Assembly: GCA_964425145.1 (NCBI GenBank)
Contig: CAYRLQ010000002.1
Location: forward strand, 1-41,867
Direction: 5' to 3'
Source of the DNA: an uncultured Nitrospiraceae bacterium
GTDB lineage: Bacteria > Hydrogenedentota > Hydrogenedentia > Hydrogenedentales > SLHB01
DNA: 41,867 nt
Shown here: in pieces, positions 1-8,165 of the stretch
Numbering within the stretch: the stretch's first letter is position 1
Layout: every line of letters starts with the position of its first letter
The notes under the pieces: model-generated
Told to the model about the DNA's origin: nothing
What the model saw: the letters and a program-made list of their open reading frames with translations, nothing else
Databases searched by the model: none
Translations under genes and position numbers: made by a program

Positions 1-73
1 CAAGATGCCCATGCCACAAGAAGAATGTGTCTTTCTGTTAGAGGCTCTAAGTATGCGGAAAGGAGCTGCTGTT

Positions 74-1750
74 ATGGGACGCAAATACGTGATTGGCTTG
101 GACTTCGGCACAGAGTCAGCCCGCGCCCTGCTGGTGGCCGTGGACAACGGCGAGGAAGTGGCGACGGCCGTGCAGCCGTACCCAGACGGTGTGATCGACG
201 TTGAATTGCCCGGGTCGTGCGTGAAACTGGAACCGGATTGGGCGGTGCAAAACCCGAGGGATTACCTGTACGCACTTGAACAGACAATTCCGAAGGTGCT
301 CGAGGAATCGGGCGTCAGCGGCGAGGATGTCATCGGGATCGGCACGGATTTTACGGCCTGCACGATGCTGCCCATCGACAAGGCCGGCATGCCCTTGTGC
401 ATGAAGCCGGAATTCGCCGATAATCCACACGCCTGGGTTAAGCTATGGAAGCACCACGCGGCCCAGCCCGAAGCCGACAGGATCAACGCCGTGGCCGCCG
501 AACGCGGCGAGGAGTTCCTGGCGCGGTACGGCGGGAAGATATCCAGTGAGTGGTTTTTCCCGAAGGCGCTGCAGATTCTCGATGAGGCGCCGGAGATTTA
601 TGAGACGGCGGACCGGCTGATCGAAGCCGGCGACTGGATCGTGTTGCAACTGTGCGGCGAGGAAAAGCGTAACGCGTGTGTTGCCGGGTATAAGGCGATT
701 TGGGATGAGGGATATCCGGGCACGGGATTTTTCAAAGCGCTGGACCCGCGGTTCGAGAATGTCGTTGCGGAAAGGTTGAGTGAGGATATCTACCCTGCGG
801 GCGTGAAGGCCGGGGGATTGCTGCCCGAGATAGCCCGGAAGGTCGGCCTGACGCCCGGCACGGCCGTGGCCACGGGAGGCGTCGACGCGCATGTGGCCGT
901 GCCCGCCGCGACGGTCTCTGACGAGGGCAAGATGGTCATGATCATGGGTACAAGCGTGTGCCACATGGTCTGCGGGAGGGAGAAAAAGGTCATCGAGGGC
1001 ATGTGCGGCGTGGTCAAAGACGGGATTTTGCCGAACTATTATGGCTTTGAAGCGGGGCAGACCGCCGTGGGCGATATCTTCGCGTGGTTCGTAGACCAGT
1101 GCGCCCCGGCATGGGTCGCGGAGAAGGCCGCTGCCCAAGGCGTGAACATCCACCAGTACTTAAGCGCTGAGGCGGCGAAACTCGAGGTCGGCGAGTCGGG
1201 TGTCTTGGCGCTGGACTGGTGGAACGGCAACCGGTCGATACTCGTCGACGCGGACCTGACCGGTCTGATGCTCGGGATGACGCTGACTACGACCCCCGCG
1301 GAGATGTATCGCGCCCTGCTCGAGAGCACCGCGTTTGGCACCTACAAGATCATCAAACAGCTCGAAGAGGGCGGCGTGCCCATTACAGAGCTGTATGCGT
1401 GCGGCGGCCTGCCGGTGAAGAACCCATTCCTCATGCAGATTTTCGCCGACGCCACGAACCGCGAGATTAAGGTCAGCGCCAGCGACCAGACCGTCGCGTT
1501 GGGCTCGGCTATGTGGGGCGCCGTTGCCGCGGGCACGGCGGCCGGCGGCTACGACAACATCACCGATGCGGCCGCGAGTATGGCCCGCTTGCGCGATGAG
1601 TCATTCAAACCCAATCGGGAAAACCACGCCATGTACGAGAAGCTGTTTGCCGAATACGAACGGCTCCACGACCTCTTCGGCCGAGGGGCTGACGATGTGA
1701 TGAAGAACCTCAAGGAGATCAAACTGGCTGTGCGCGGCACGGGAGAGTAG
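74..1750 (+). CDS. araB: L-ribulokinase (FGGY carbohydrate kinase family)
   Basis: N-terminal FGGY motif '[15 protein letters not shown]'. Length (~558 aa) and overall sequence are typical of ribulokinase. I prefer ATG 74 over the ORF-track start at 5 because AGGAG at 61-65 lies 8 nt upstream. Confidence 0.85.
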   Translation: MGRKYVIGLDFGTESARALLVAVDNGEEVATAVQPYPDGVIDVELPGSCVKLEPDWAVQNPRDYLYALEQTIPKVLEESGVSGEDVIGIGTDFTACTMLPIDKAGMPLCMKPEFADNPHAWVKLWKHHAAQPEADRINAVAAERGEEFLARYGGKISSEWFFPKALQILDEAPEIYETADRLIEAGDWIVLQLCGEEKRNACVAGYKAIWDEGYPGTGFFKALDPRFENVVAERLSEDIYPAGVKAGGLLPEIARKVGLTPGTAVATGGVDAHVAVPAATVSDEGKMVMIMGTSVCHMVCGREKKVIEGMCGVVKDGILPNYYGFEAGQTAVGDIFAWFVDQCAPAWVAEKAAAQGVNIHQYLSAEAAKLEVGESGVLALDWWNGNRSILVDADLTGLMLGMTLTTTPAEMYRALLESTAFGTYKIIKQLEEGGVPITELYACGGLPVKNPFLMQIFADATNREIKVSASDQTVALGSAMWGAVAAGTAAGGYDNITDAAASMARLRDESFKPNRENHAMYEKLFAEYERLHDLFGRGADDVMKNLKEIKLAVRGTGE

Positions 1751-1753
1751 GGC

Positions 1754-2812
1754 ATGCGGGAAGAGTCACTGGAGTTTCTGAAACGGTTGGTTACGACGCC
1801 GAGCCCGTCGGGTTCCGAGAGTCAAATCCAAGATGTGTGCAAAGAGTACGTATCGCCCTATGTGGACGACGTGTACAAAGACGTGCACGGCAATCAGTAT
1901 GCCGTCAGGAACCCCAAGGGAGAGCTGCGCGTCATGCTCGCGGGCCACGTGGACGAGATCGGCCTCATGATCAACAATATCGACGATAAGGGCTATCTCT
2001 CCTTCGTGCCCATTGGCGGGGTCGACACCGCCGTGCTTGGTGCGCAGCGCGTGACGGTTCACGGCGCCAAGGGCCCTGTGCCAGGCGTTATCGGGCGCAC
2101 GGCCGTCCACCTGACCGAGCCCGAGGACCGAGGCAAGGCGGTCAAAATGCACCAACTGTGGATCGACATCGGCGCCAAGGACAAGAAGGATGCGGAGAAA
2201 GTGGTGGCGGTCGGCGATTCGGCCACTATAGACGTGGGATTCGCGGAACTGCGCCAGGGCAAAGTGGTGGCGCGGGCCTTCGATGACCGCGTCGGCGCAT
2301 TTGTGATCGTCGAGGCCATGCGCCTGCTCGCCAGACGCAAAGTCGACTGCGCCGTATACTGCGTCACGACGGTCCAAGAGGAGATCGGGCTGCGTGGGGC
2401 CATCACGAGCAGCTATGGGTGTAATCCGCACGTGGGCGTGGCGGTGGACGTGAACCATGCGTCTGATTATCCGGCCTGCGAACCCAAGAAGCAGGGTGAC
2501 TTGAAGATCAACAGCGGTCCCATCGTGGAACGTGGCCCGAACATCAATCCCATCGTCGAGCGTGGCCTGATCAAAGCGGCCAAGGCCAAGAAGCTACCGT
2601 ACCAGGTCTCCGCCGCGCCGCGCGGCACCGGCACGGACGCCAACGCCATCCAGCTCAGCCGCGGCGGCGTTGCGGCGGGGCTGATCAGCATCCCCAACCG
2701 CTACATGCATTCGGCGGTCGAGCTGGTGGGGCTGAAGGACGTCGAGAACGCCGCCAAGCTCGTCGCGGAATGGGTTTGCACGCTCAAGAGCGGCATGAGC
2801 TTCATCCCCTGA
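1754..2812 (+). CDS. M42 family metallopeptidase (glutamyl aminopeptidase / CelM-FrvX type)
   Basis: 'LAGHVDEIGLMI' metal-ligand motif, 'AFDDRVG', and ~350 aa length are typical of M42. Starts 4 nt after the araB stop. Confidence 0.8.
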   Translation: MREESLEFLKRLVTTPSPSGSESQIQDVCKEYVSPYVDDVYKDVHGNQYAVRNPKGELRVMLAGHVDEIGLMINNIDDKGYLSFVPIGGVDTAVLGAQRVTVHGAKGPVPGVIGRTAVHLTEPEDRGKAVKMHQLWIDIGAKDKKDAEKVVAVGDSATIDVGFAELRQGKVVARAFDDRVGAFVIVEAMRLLARRKVDCAVYCVTTVQEEIGLRGAITSSYGCNPHVGVAVDVNHASDYPACEPKKQGDLKINSGPIVERGPNINPIVERGLIKAAKAKKLPYQVSAAPRGTGTDANAIQLSRGGVAAGLISIPNRYMHSAVELVGLKDVENAAKLVAEWVCTLKSGMSFIP

Positions 2813-3038
2813 ATAGGGCCCGATAACAATACGCAGGTCGTGCTGTTAAACAAGTTTGGGCTCGCCTTGCAATGGCGCCCTGCCCCAAAAGGCTTGTACC
2901 AAAAACCGGGGGTTGTCAACAGTTTCTTCACTTTTAGGGCGGAGTCATGGCACAATTAGGTCCAGCCACGCCGCTGTTTCATAATTCTGGCGCGATAACG
3001 GGCGGGAACATAGGCGAAAAACGGATTTAGGAGTTCGT

Positions 3039-4955
3039 ATGAGCAGTATCCAGGTCTTGTTACCGGATGGATCGCGCCTGGGAATGCCCCAAGGCGCTAC
3101 GGCGCTTGCGCTCGCCCAGCGGATCGGCCCGCGTCTGGCGAAGGCGGCCACCGCGGCTAAGGTCAATGGCGAAGCGGTCGACCTGGCGACGCCGTTGCAG
3201 GACGGGGATACGGTGGCGATCCTTACGTTCGATTCCGAGGATGGCCGGGAGGTGTTCCGGCATAGCGCCTCGCACTTGATGGCGGCGGCGATCAAACGGC
3301 TGTATCCCGAGGCGAAGCTGGCCATTGGCCCGGCCATCGAGGACGGATTCTATTATGACATCGATGCCCCGACCACGTTGACGGAAGAGGACTTGCCGGG
3401 TATCGAAGCGGAGATGGCGAAAATCGTGGAGGAGGACGTGCCGTTTGTGCGTCGGGAGATGTCGAAGGCGGACGCGCTGGCCTTCTTCAAGGGAAAAGGC
3501 AATCCGTATAAGGTCGAATTGATCGAGGCCCTCGAGGACGGCACGATCACCGTCTACGAGACGGGCGAATTCGTCGACCTCTGCCGGGGACCGCACCTGC
3601 GGTCAACCGGTGGCATCAAGGCGTTTAAGCTCCAGAGCCTTGCGGGGGCCTATTGGCGCGGCGACGAAAACCGCCCCATGCTCCAGCGCATCTACGGGAC
3701 GGCATTCCCGCACAAGAAAGACATCGAGGAGCATCTCGAGCGGCTGGCCGAGGCGCAACGGCGCGATCATCGTAAGCTGGGCAGGCAACTGGACCTGTTC
3801 AGCTTCCACGAGGAGGGCCCTGGATTCCCCTTCTTCCATCCCAAGGGCATGATTGTTCTCAACGAGTTGATCGATTATTGGCGCATCGAGCACCGCAAGC
3901 GGGGCTATGGCGAGCTCAGCACACCCATGATCCTCAACCGGGCGCTGTGGGAGCAGTCCGGCCACTGGGAGCATTACAAGGAGAACATGTACTTCACCCA
4001 GATCGACGAGCGCGACTTCGCCGTGAAGCCCATGAACTGTCCAGGCGGAATGCTGGTCTACAAGACACGTATGCGGAGCTACCGCGACCTGCCGTTGCGC
4101 TGGGCCGAACTGGGCCTCGTGCACCGCCACGAGAAGTCAGGCGTGCTGCACGGTCTGTTCCGCGTGCGGATGTTCACGCAGGACGATGCCCACATCTTCA
4201 TGACCGAGGACCAAATCCTGGACGAAGTCATGGGCGTTATTGACTTCGTCGATTCGATGTACTCGACGTTCGGCCTCGAGTATGCAGTGGAACTGAGCAC
4301 ACGCCCTGAGAAATACATCGGCACCGAGGAGATGTGGGAGGCGGCGACTGACAGCCTGCGCCAGGCCCTCGAGCAGAAGGGCGTGGTGTTTAAGATTAAC
4401 CAGGGCGAAGGCGCGTTCTACGGGCCGAAGATCGATTTCCACGTCCGTGACTGTCTCAAGCGCTCTTGGCAATGTGCGACGATCCAGTTGGATTTCGCCA
4501 TGCCGGAGAAATTCGAGCTTGAATACATCGGACAAGATGGCCAAGCGCACCGGCCCGTGATGATCCACCGGGTGATTTATGGCGCGATCGAACGGTTCCT
4601 GGCTATCTTGATCGAGCACTTCGGCGGTGCGTTTCCAGTGTGGCTGGCGCCGGTGCAGGTGGTGGTGATCCCCGTGGCGGATGCGTTCGCAGACTACGCG
4701 ACCAGGGTCCGCCAGCGCCTCTTCGACCTGGGACTGCGGGTCGAGCTGGACCTGAGCGATGAAACGATGCAGTATAAAATCCGCCAGGCGCAAACGCAGC
4801 AGGTGCCCTACATGCTCGTGGTGGGCAAGCGCGAGCAGGCCGCCGGGACCGTGGCGGTGCGCCATCGGCGCCTCTTCGACCTGGGGACTATGCCGCTGGA
4901 TGCCTTCGCCGAGCGGGTCCAAGGCGAGATCGCCTCAAAGGCCCTGGAGTCGTGA
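3039..4955 (+). CDS. thrS: Threonine--tRNA ligase
   Basis: TGS domain at the N-terminus. Class II core motifs 'FRHSASHLMA', 'MNCPGGMLVY', 'RVRMFTQDDAHIF', 'GAFYGPKIDF'. 638 aa. AGGAG lies 5 nt upstream of the ATG. Confidence 0.97.
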   Translation: MSSIQVLLPDGSRLGMPQGATALALAQRIGPRLAKAATAAKVNGEAVDLATPLQDGDTVAILTFDSEDGREVFRHSASHLMAAAIKRLYPEAKLAIGPAIEDGFYYDIDAPTTLTEEDLPGIEAEMAKIVEEDVPFVRREMSKADALAFFKGKGNPYKVELIEALEDGTITVYETGEFVDLCRGPHLRSTGGIKAFKLQSLAGAYWRGDENRPMLQRIYGTAFPHKKDIEEHLERLAEAQRRDHRKLGRQLDLFSFHEEGPGFPFFHPKGMIVLNELIDYWRIEHRKRGYGELSTPMILNRALWEQSGHWEHYKENMYFTQIDERDFAVKPMNCPGGMLVYKTRMRSYRDLPLRWAELGLVHRHEKSGVLHGLFRVRMFTQDDAHIFMTEDQILDEVMGVIDFVDSMYSTFGLEYAVELSTRPEKYIGTEEMWEAATDSLRQALEQKGVVFKINQGEGAFYGPKIDFHVRDCLKRSWQCATIQLDFAMPEKFELEYIGQDGQAHRPVMIHRVIYGAIERFLAILIEHFGGAFPVWLAPVQVVVIPVADAFADYATRVRQRLFDLGLRVELDLSDETMQYKIRQAQTQQVPYMLVVGKREQAAGTVAVRHRRLFDLGTMPLDAFAERVQGEIASKALES

Positions 4956-4998
4956 TGACGCGGCCTGCTCAGCGCGACCGAACCGGGAGGGAACTGAA

Positions 4999-5346
4999 AT
5001 GGCGGATATACGTGGGGCTACCGGCTGTATCAACCATCCAGGTGTCGAGGCGGTTGCGCGCTGCCGGCAGTGTGGTAAGCCCGTGTGCGGCGCGTGTGTT
5101 GTGATAGGGCCGAGTGGGAAATTCTGCAGTGAGTCCTGCCGGGACCAACACCAGCGCTTTATCGAGCGCGCCCGAGAACTGGACCTGAAGAAAGGGCGCG
5201 GTATTGGGCTCTTCAAGAGGCTTAAGCGCCGCACCGTCAAGGTGGTGATGTTCGCGCTGGCGATCCTGATGCTGGCCACGGTGTTGACGTACTTGAACAT
5301 CTTGGACATTCCTGTCTTGAGAGATGTAATCAACAGGTTCTTGTAA
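4999..5346 (+). CDS. Small zinc-ribbon (B-box-like CxxC...CxxC) protein with C-terminal TM helix
   Basis: 'CINHPGVEAVARCRQCGKPVCGACV...FCSESCRDQH' followed by hydrophobic 'VVMFALAILMLATVLTYL'. The ORF-track start at 4759 overlaps thrS. ATG 4999 has GGGAGGGAA upstream. Confidence 0.6.
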   Translation: MADIRGATGCINHPGVEAVARCRQCGKPVCGACVVIGPSGKFCSESCRDQHQRFIERARELDLKKGRGIGLFKRLKRRTVKVVMFALAILMLATVLTYLNILDIPVLRDVINRFL

Positions 5347-5353
5347 CCTTGTT

Positions 5354-5367
5354 TCCCGTCGACGGGA
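5354..5367. repeat. 14-bp perfect palindrome TCCCGTCGACGGGA (core CCGTCGACGG)
   Basis: Read directly. Intergenic, 37 nt upstream of the 5404 gene. Confidence 0.9.
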
Positions 5368-5403
5368 GAGCTCGCACTGCGGTTCGGTGCTCGAAAGGAG
5401 GGG

Positions 5404-5844
5404 ATGATGGACCTGAGTGGACTGAAATGGCCGATCATCATCGTGGTCGTTATCGGTGCCGTGTGGCTGATGAGTAGCGGCGGCATGGACTACATGTACA
5501 AAAACTTCACCAAAGCAGAGGTGGGTGCGGACCCGCAGCGCGACAAGAGCGACGAAGCAGGCCTCACCCGCCTCGCCGGGTTCCTGATCAAAACACTGCG
5601 CTTCCAGAAAGCCGAGGAAGTCCTGGAAACCGCCGTGGCGCGCTACCCGAACGGTGCAAACGTGTGGTACAACCAGTATCGCCTGGTGAAGTGCGCCGAA
5701 AAGCTCAAGAGGTACCGCCGGGCGGTTGATATCCTGGAGATGCTAATCCAAAACGATGCCCACGCTATCGACCCGCGGGTGCCCGAACACGCAATCCTGC
5801 GCGCACGCGCCGATAAGTTTATCGCCGTGCACGAGTTGGGGTGA
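5404..5844 (+). CDS. Hypothetical membrane-anchored protein with TPR-like helical C-terminal region
   Basis: N-terminal TM 'WPIIIVVVIGAVWLM', then a helical repeat-like sequence. AAAGGAGGGG lies immediately upstream of the ATGATG start. Confidence 0.5.
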   Translation: MMDLSGLKWPIIIVVVIGAVWLMSSGGMDYMYKNFTKAEVGADPQRDKSDEAGLTRLAGFLIKTLRFQKAEEVLETAVARYPNGANVWYNQYRLVKCAEKLKRYRRAVDILEMLIQNDAHAIDPRVPEHAILRARADKFIAVHELG

Positions 5845-5945
5845 CGCTGGGCGCCATTTTGCGTGTTCGAGCGGTTCGGCGGCAGAATTGATGCACCCGA
5901 GAGCCCGCGTGCGGAAAAAACGCCCCGACGCCTAGCCTATTACGT

Positions 5946-6194
5946 CTAGTCGTCCTCGTCCGCGATAGGCGGGGTTGTGAGGTCCTTCTCGCGGAGTTTC
6001 TTGGCGTAATGCGTAATGATGCGACGAAGCAGTTCGTCGCGCCGCATCCCTTCGGTCTCAGCCTTCCACCGCAAGAATGCGGCGACAGACCTCGGCAGCG
6101 TCACGGTCATTTTCACGGAGGCACTGGGCGACTCCCCGGGCAGCACCAACTCCTCATCTTCTCTCGCGAGCTTGTCGTTCTGTGCATCAGCCAT
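5946..6194 (-). CDS. Ribbon-helix-helix (CopG/Arc-like) DNA-binding protein
   Basis: 'MTVTLPRSVAAFLRWKAETEGMRRDELLRRIITHYA' fits the beta-strand plus two helices of the RHH fold. No clear SD, so the start is uncertain. Confidence 0.45.
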   Translation of the reverse strand: MADAQNDKLAREDEELVLPGESPSASVKMTVTLPRSVAAFLRWKAETEGMRRDELLRRIITHYAKKLREKDLTTPPIADEDD

Positions 6195-6320
6195 AACGAT
6201 GTCGGAAAAAGGTTGTGTTGTCTGAAGAATGCACTAGCGCTAAATCCTATACATCTGCGGCAATTATACCTGGTCGGGGGACATTTTCCAAGTCCGATGT
6301 ATTCACCGGGCGCGCCTGGG

Positions 6321-6326
6321 TATAAT
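6321..6326 (+). promoter_or_regulatory. Perfect -10 hexamer TATAAT upstream of the carbamoyltransferase gene
   Basis: Lies 33 nt upstream of ATG 6359. No convincing -35. Confidence 0.3.
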
Positions 6327-6358
6327 GCGGTGAGGTGGAACACACCAGAAGGACCTGC

Positions 6359-8047
6359 ATGAATATTCTGGGCATTGGAGGGTATTCGCACGATTCAGCG
6401 GCGGTCCTGGTATGCGACGGGGAGTTGGTCGCAGGAGTAGCCGAAGAGCGCCTGACGCGGGTCAAGCACCAGGGGGGCGTGCCCCGCAAGGCGGTGCGGT
6501 ATTGCCTCGACGCGGCCGGGCTGACGCCTGATGACATCGGCCACATCGGGCTTTACATGCGGCCCTTTCTGCGCATCGGCAGGCGCCTGCCGTATCGGAT
6601 GACGCAAATGGTCCATAGCCCGTTCTATTCGGCCGGATATATGGCCTATGAATTGGCGCACAACGCGCAGTACATATGGGGCATGCGCAGCTTGTGCGGG
6701 CGGAACACGAAGCTCCATTTCATGGAGCACCACCCCGCACACGCGGCGAGCGCGTTCTTGGTAAGCCCGTTTGACCAGGCCGCGCTGTTATCCGTCGACT
6801 ACATCGGGGAATGGGCGGTGACCTGGGCCGGCGTGGGCCGGGGGACGCGGCTCGAGAAACTGCGCGCGGCCAACTATCCCAACTCGCTGGGCGTGTTTTA
6901 TTCCGCCATCACCGACTACCTCGGCTTCCTGCGCGCGAGCGATGAATACAAGGTGATGGGGCTGGCCGCGTATGGTGATCCGGAGTATTACGACGAGTTT
7001 TGCAAGATCATACGCATTCGCCCGGACGGCTGGTACGACATCGATCGGTCGTGGCTGGTGTGCCATTACCTCCCGGGGTCGCTCAAGGGGTATTTTTCGC
7101 GTAAGTTCCTGGACCGGTTCGGGCCGCCACGGCAAGCGGGCGAGCCGCTCGAGGAACGCCATCGGAACATCGCCGCATCGGCGCAGCGCATCCTCGAGGA
7201 GGCCGTCTTGAGCGTCGCGGCGTGGCTCCATACGCAGACGGGCCTGAAACGCCTGTGTATGGCGGGCGGCGTGGCGCTGAACTGCGCGATGAACGGCCGG
7301 CTGTTGCGGGAATCGCCTTTCGAGGAGGTCTTCGTCCAACCCGCCGCAGGCGACGACGGCATTGCGGTGGGCGCAGCCCTTCAGTTGTACCACCGATTGA
7401 CCGGCGCGGACCGGTCTTTCGTGATGCGCGATGTGCGCATCGGCCCGGCCTATACGAACGCGGCCATCCGTGCGTTCCTCGAGGGCGCCAAGGTCCGCTA
7501 TGAGACGCCGGACGACCTCGAGGGGCACGCCGCCGACCTTATCGCCGAGGGCAAGATCGTCGGCTGGTTTCAGGACCGCCTCGAGTTTGGGCCGCGGGCG
7601 CTGGGCGCACGGAGCATCCTCGCCGACCCGACCCGGCCGGATATGAAGGACTTGCTTAACAAATACGTCAAGCACCGCGAGGAGTTCCGCCCTTTCGCGC
7701 CGAGTTGTCTCGAAGAACGCGCGCACGAATACTTCACCAATTGTTACTACTCACCCTACATGCTCTTCGTGTACCCCGTCGAGCCGGACAAGCGCGATAA
7801 GGTGCCCGCCATAACGCACGTGGATGGGACGGCCCGCGTGCAAACCGTCTCGAGCGACATCAATCCGCGATACTACCGGCTGATCCAGGCCTTCGAGAAA
7901 CGCCGCGGCGTGCCCATGGTTTTGAACACGTCGTTCAACGTCATGGGCGAGCCCATCGTGAACAGCCCCGCCGACGCCGTCCGCTGTTTCTACAGCACCG
8001 GCATGGACGCCCTGGTCATAGGGGACTACGTGGTGGTGAAACGCTGA
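6359..8047 (+). CDS. Carbamoyltransferase (NodU/CmcH family)
   Basis: 'MNILGIGGYSHDSAAVLV..GVAEERLTRVKH' N-terminal ASKHA-like domain and 'ITHVDGTARVQTV', 'VLNTSFN' C-terminal motifs. GAAGGA lies 5 nt upstream of ATG 6359. Confidence 0.85.
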   Translation: MNILGIGGYSHDSAAVLVCDGELVAGVAEERLTRVKHQGGVPRKAVRYCLDAAGLTPDDIGHIGLYMRPFLRIGRRLPYRMTQMVHSPFYSAGYMAYELAHNAQYIWGMRSLCGRNTKLHFMEHHPAHAASAFLVSPFDQAALLSVDYIGEWAVTWAGVGRGTRLEKLRAANYPNSLGVFYSAITDYLGFLRASDEYKVMGLAAYGDPEYYDEFCKIIRIRPDGWYDIDRSWLVCHYLPGSLKGYFSRKFLDRFGPPRQAGEPLEERHRNIAASAQRILEEAVLSVAAWLHTQTGLKRLCMAGGVALNCAMNGRLLRESPFEEVFVQPAAGDDGIAVGAALQLYHRLTGADRSFVMRDVRIGPAYTNAAIRAFLEGAKVRYETPDDLEGHAADLIAEGKIVGWFQDRLEFGPRALGARSILADPTRPDMKDLLNKYVKHREEFRPFAPSCLEERAHEYFTNCYYSPYMLFVYPVEPDKRDKVPAITHVDGTARVQTVSSDINPRYYRLIQAFEKRRGVPMVLNTSFNVMGEPIVNSPADAVRCFYSTGMDALVIGDYVVVKR

Positions 8048-8072
8048 AGTGGGAACTGCTGCCGTGGCGAAC

Positions 8073-8101
8073 TTGACGAATCCCGGCTTTCGAGGTATTC
8101 T
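8073..8101 (+). promoter_or_regulatory. Candidate sigma-70 promoter of the giant protein gene (TTGACG-N17-TATTCT)
   Basis: Read directly. Lies 65 nt upstream of ATG 8166. Confidence 0.3.
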
Positions 8102-8165
8102 TTAGATGTTGGCGTGTATTGGTGATTGATTAAAGGGGCGTTACCGAATCTTGAGAGGCTTTACC

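Noticed and set aside
443-1153. Long antisense or out-of-frame ORFs inside confidently assigned genes. Examples: 443-1153(-), 4137-4922(-), 6788-7726(-), 11643-12590(-), 12673-13671(+), 15781-16545(-), 18798-19835(+), 24745-25707(+), 25919-26794(-), 31489-32331(-), 33256-34239(-), 34366-35538(-).
   Set aside because: These are typical shadow ORFs of GC-rich DNA. Their translations are Arg/Pro/Gly/Ala-rich and match no family I recognise. Each lies fully inside a gene with strong homology-type motifs on the other strand or frame.
2813-3038. Possible T-box, leader or tRNA-like regulatory element upstream of thrS
   Set aside because: I could not find a specifier-loop/T-box consensus, a tRNA-like fold, or a terminator/antiterminator pair by eye. 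An Rfam scan would be needed, so no feature is claimed.
4759-4998. Upstream part of the 195-aa ORF overlapping the thrS 3' end
   Set aside because: The translation ('MKRCSIKSARRKRSRCPTCSWW...') is an out-of-frame shadow of thrS. The zinc-ribbon protein starts at ATG 4999, which has its own SD.
5946-6194. RHH protein as the antitoxin of a type II toxin-antitoxin system
   Set aside because: No candidate toxin ORF (PIN, RelE/ParE, MazF, HicA, etc.) is adjacent on either side. Kept only as an orphan regulator.
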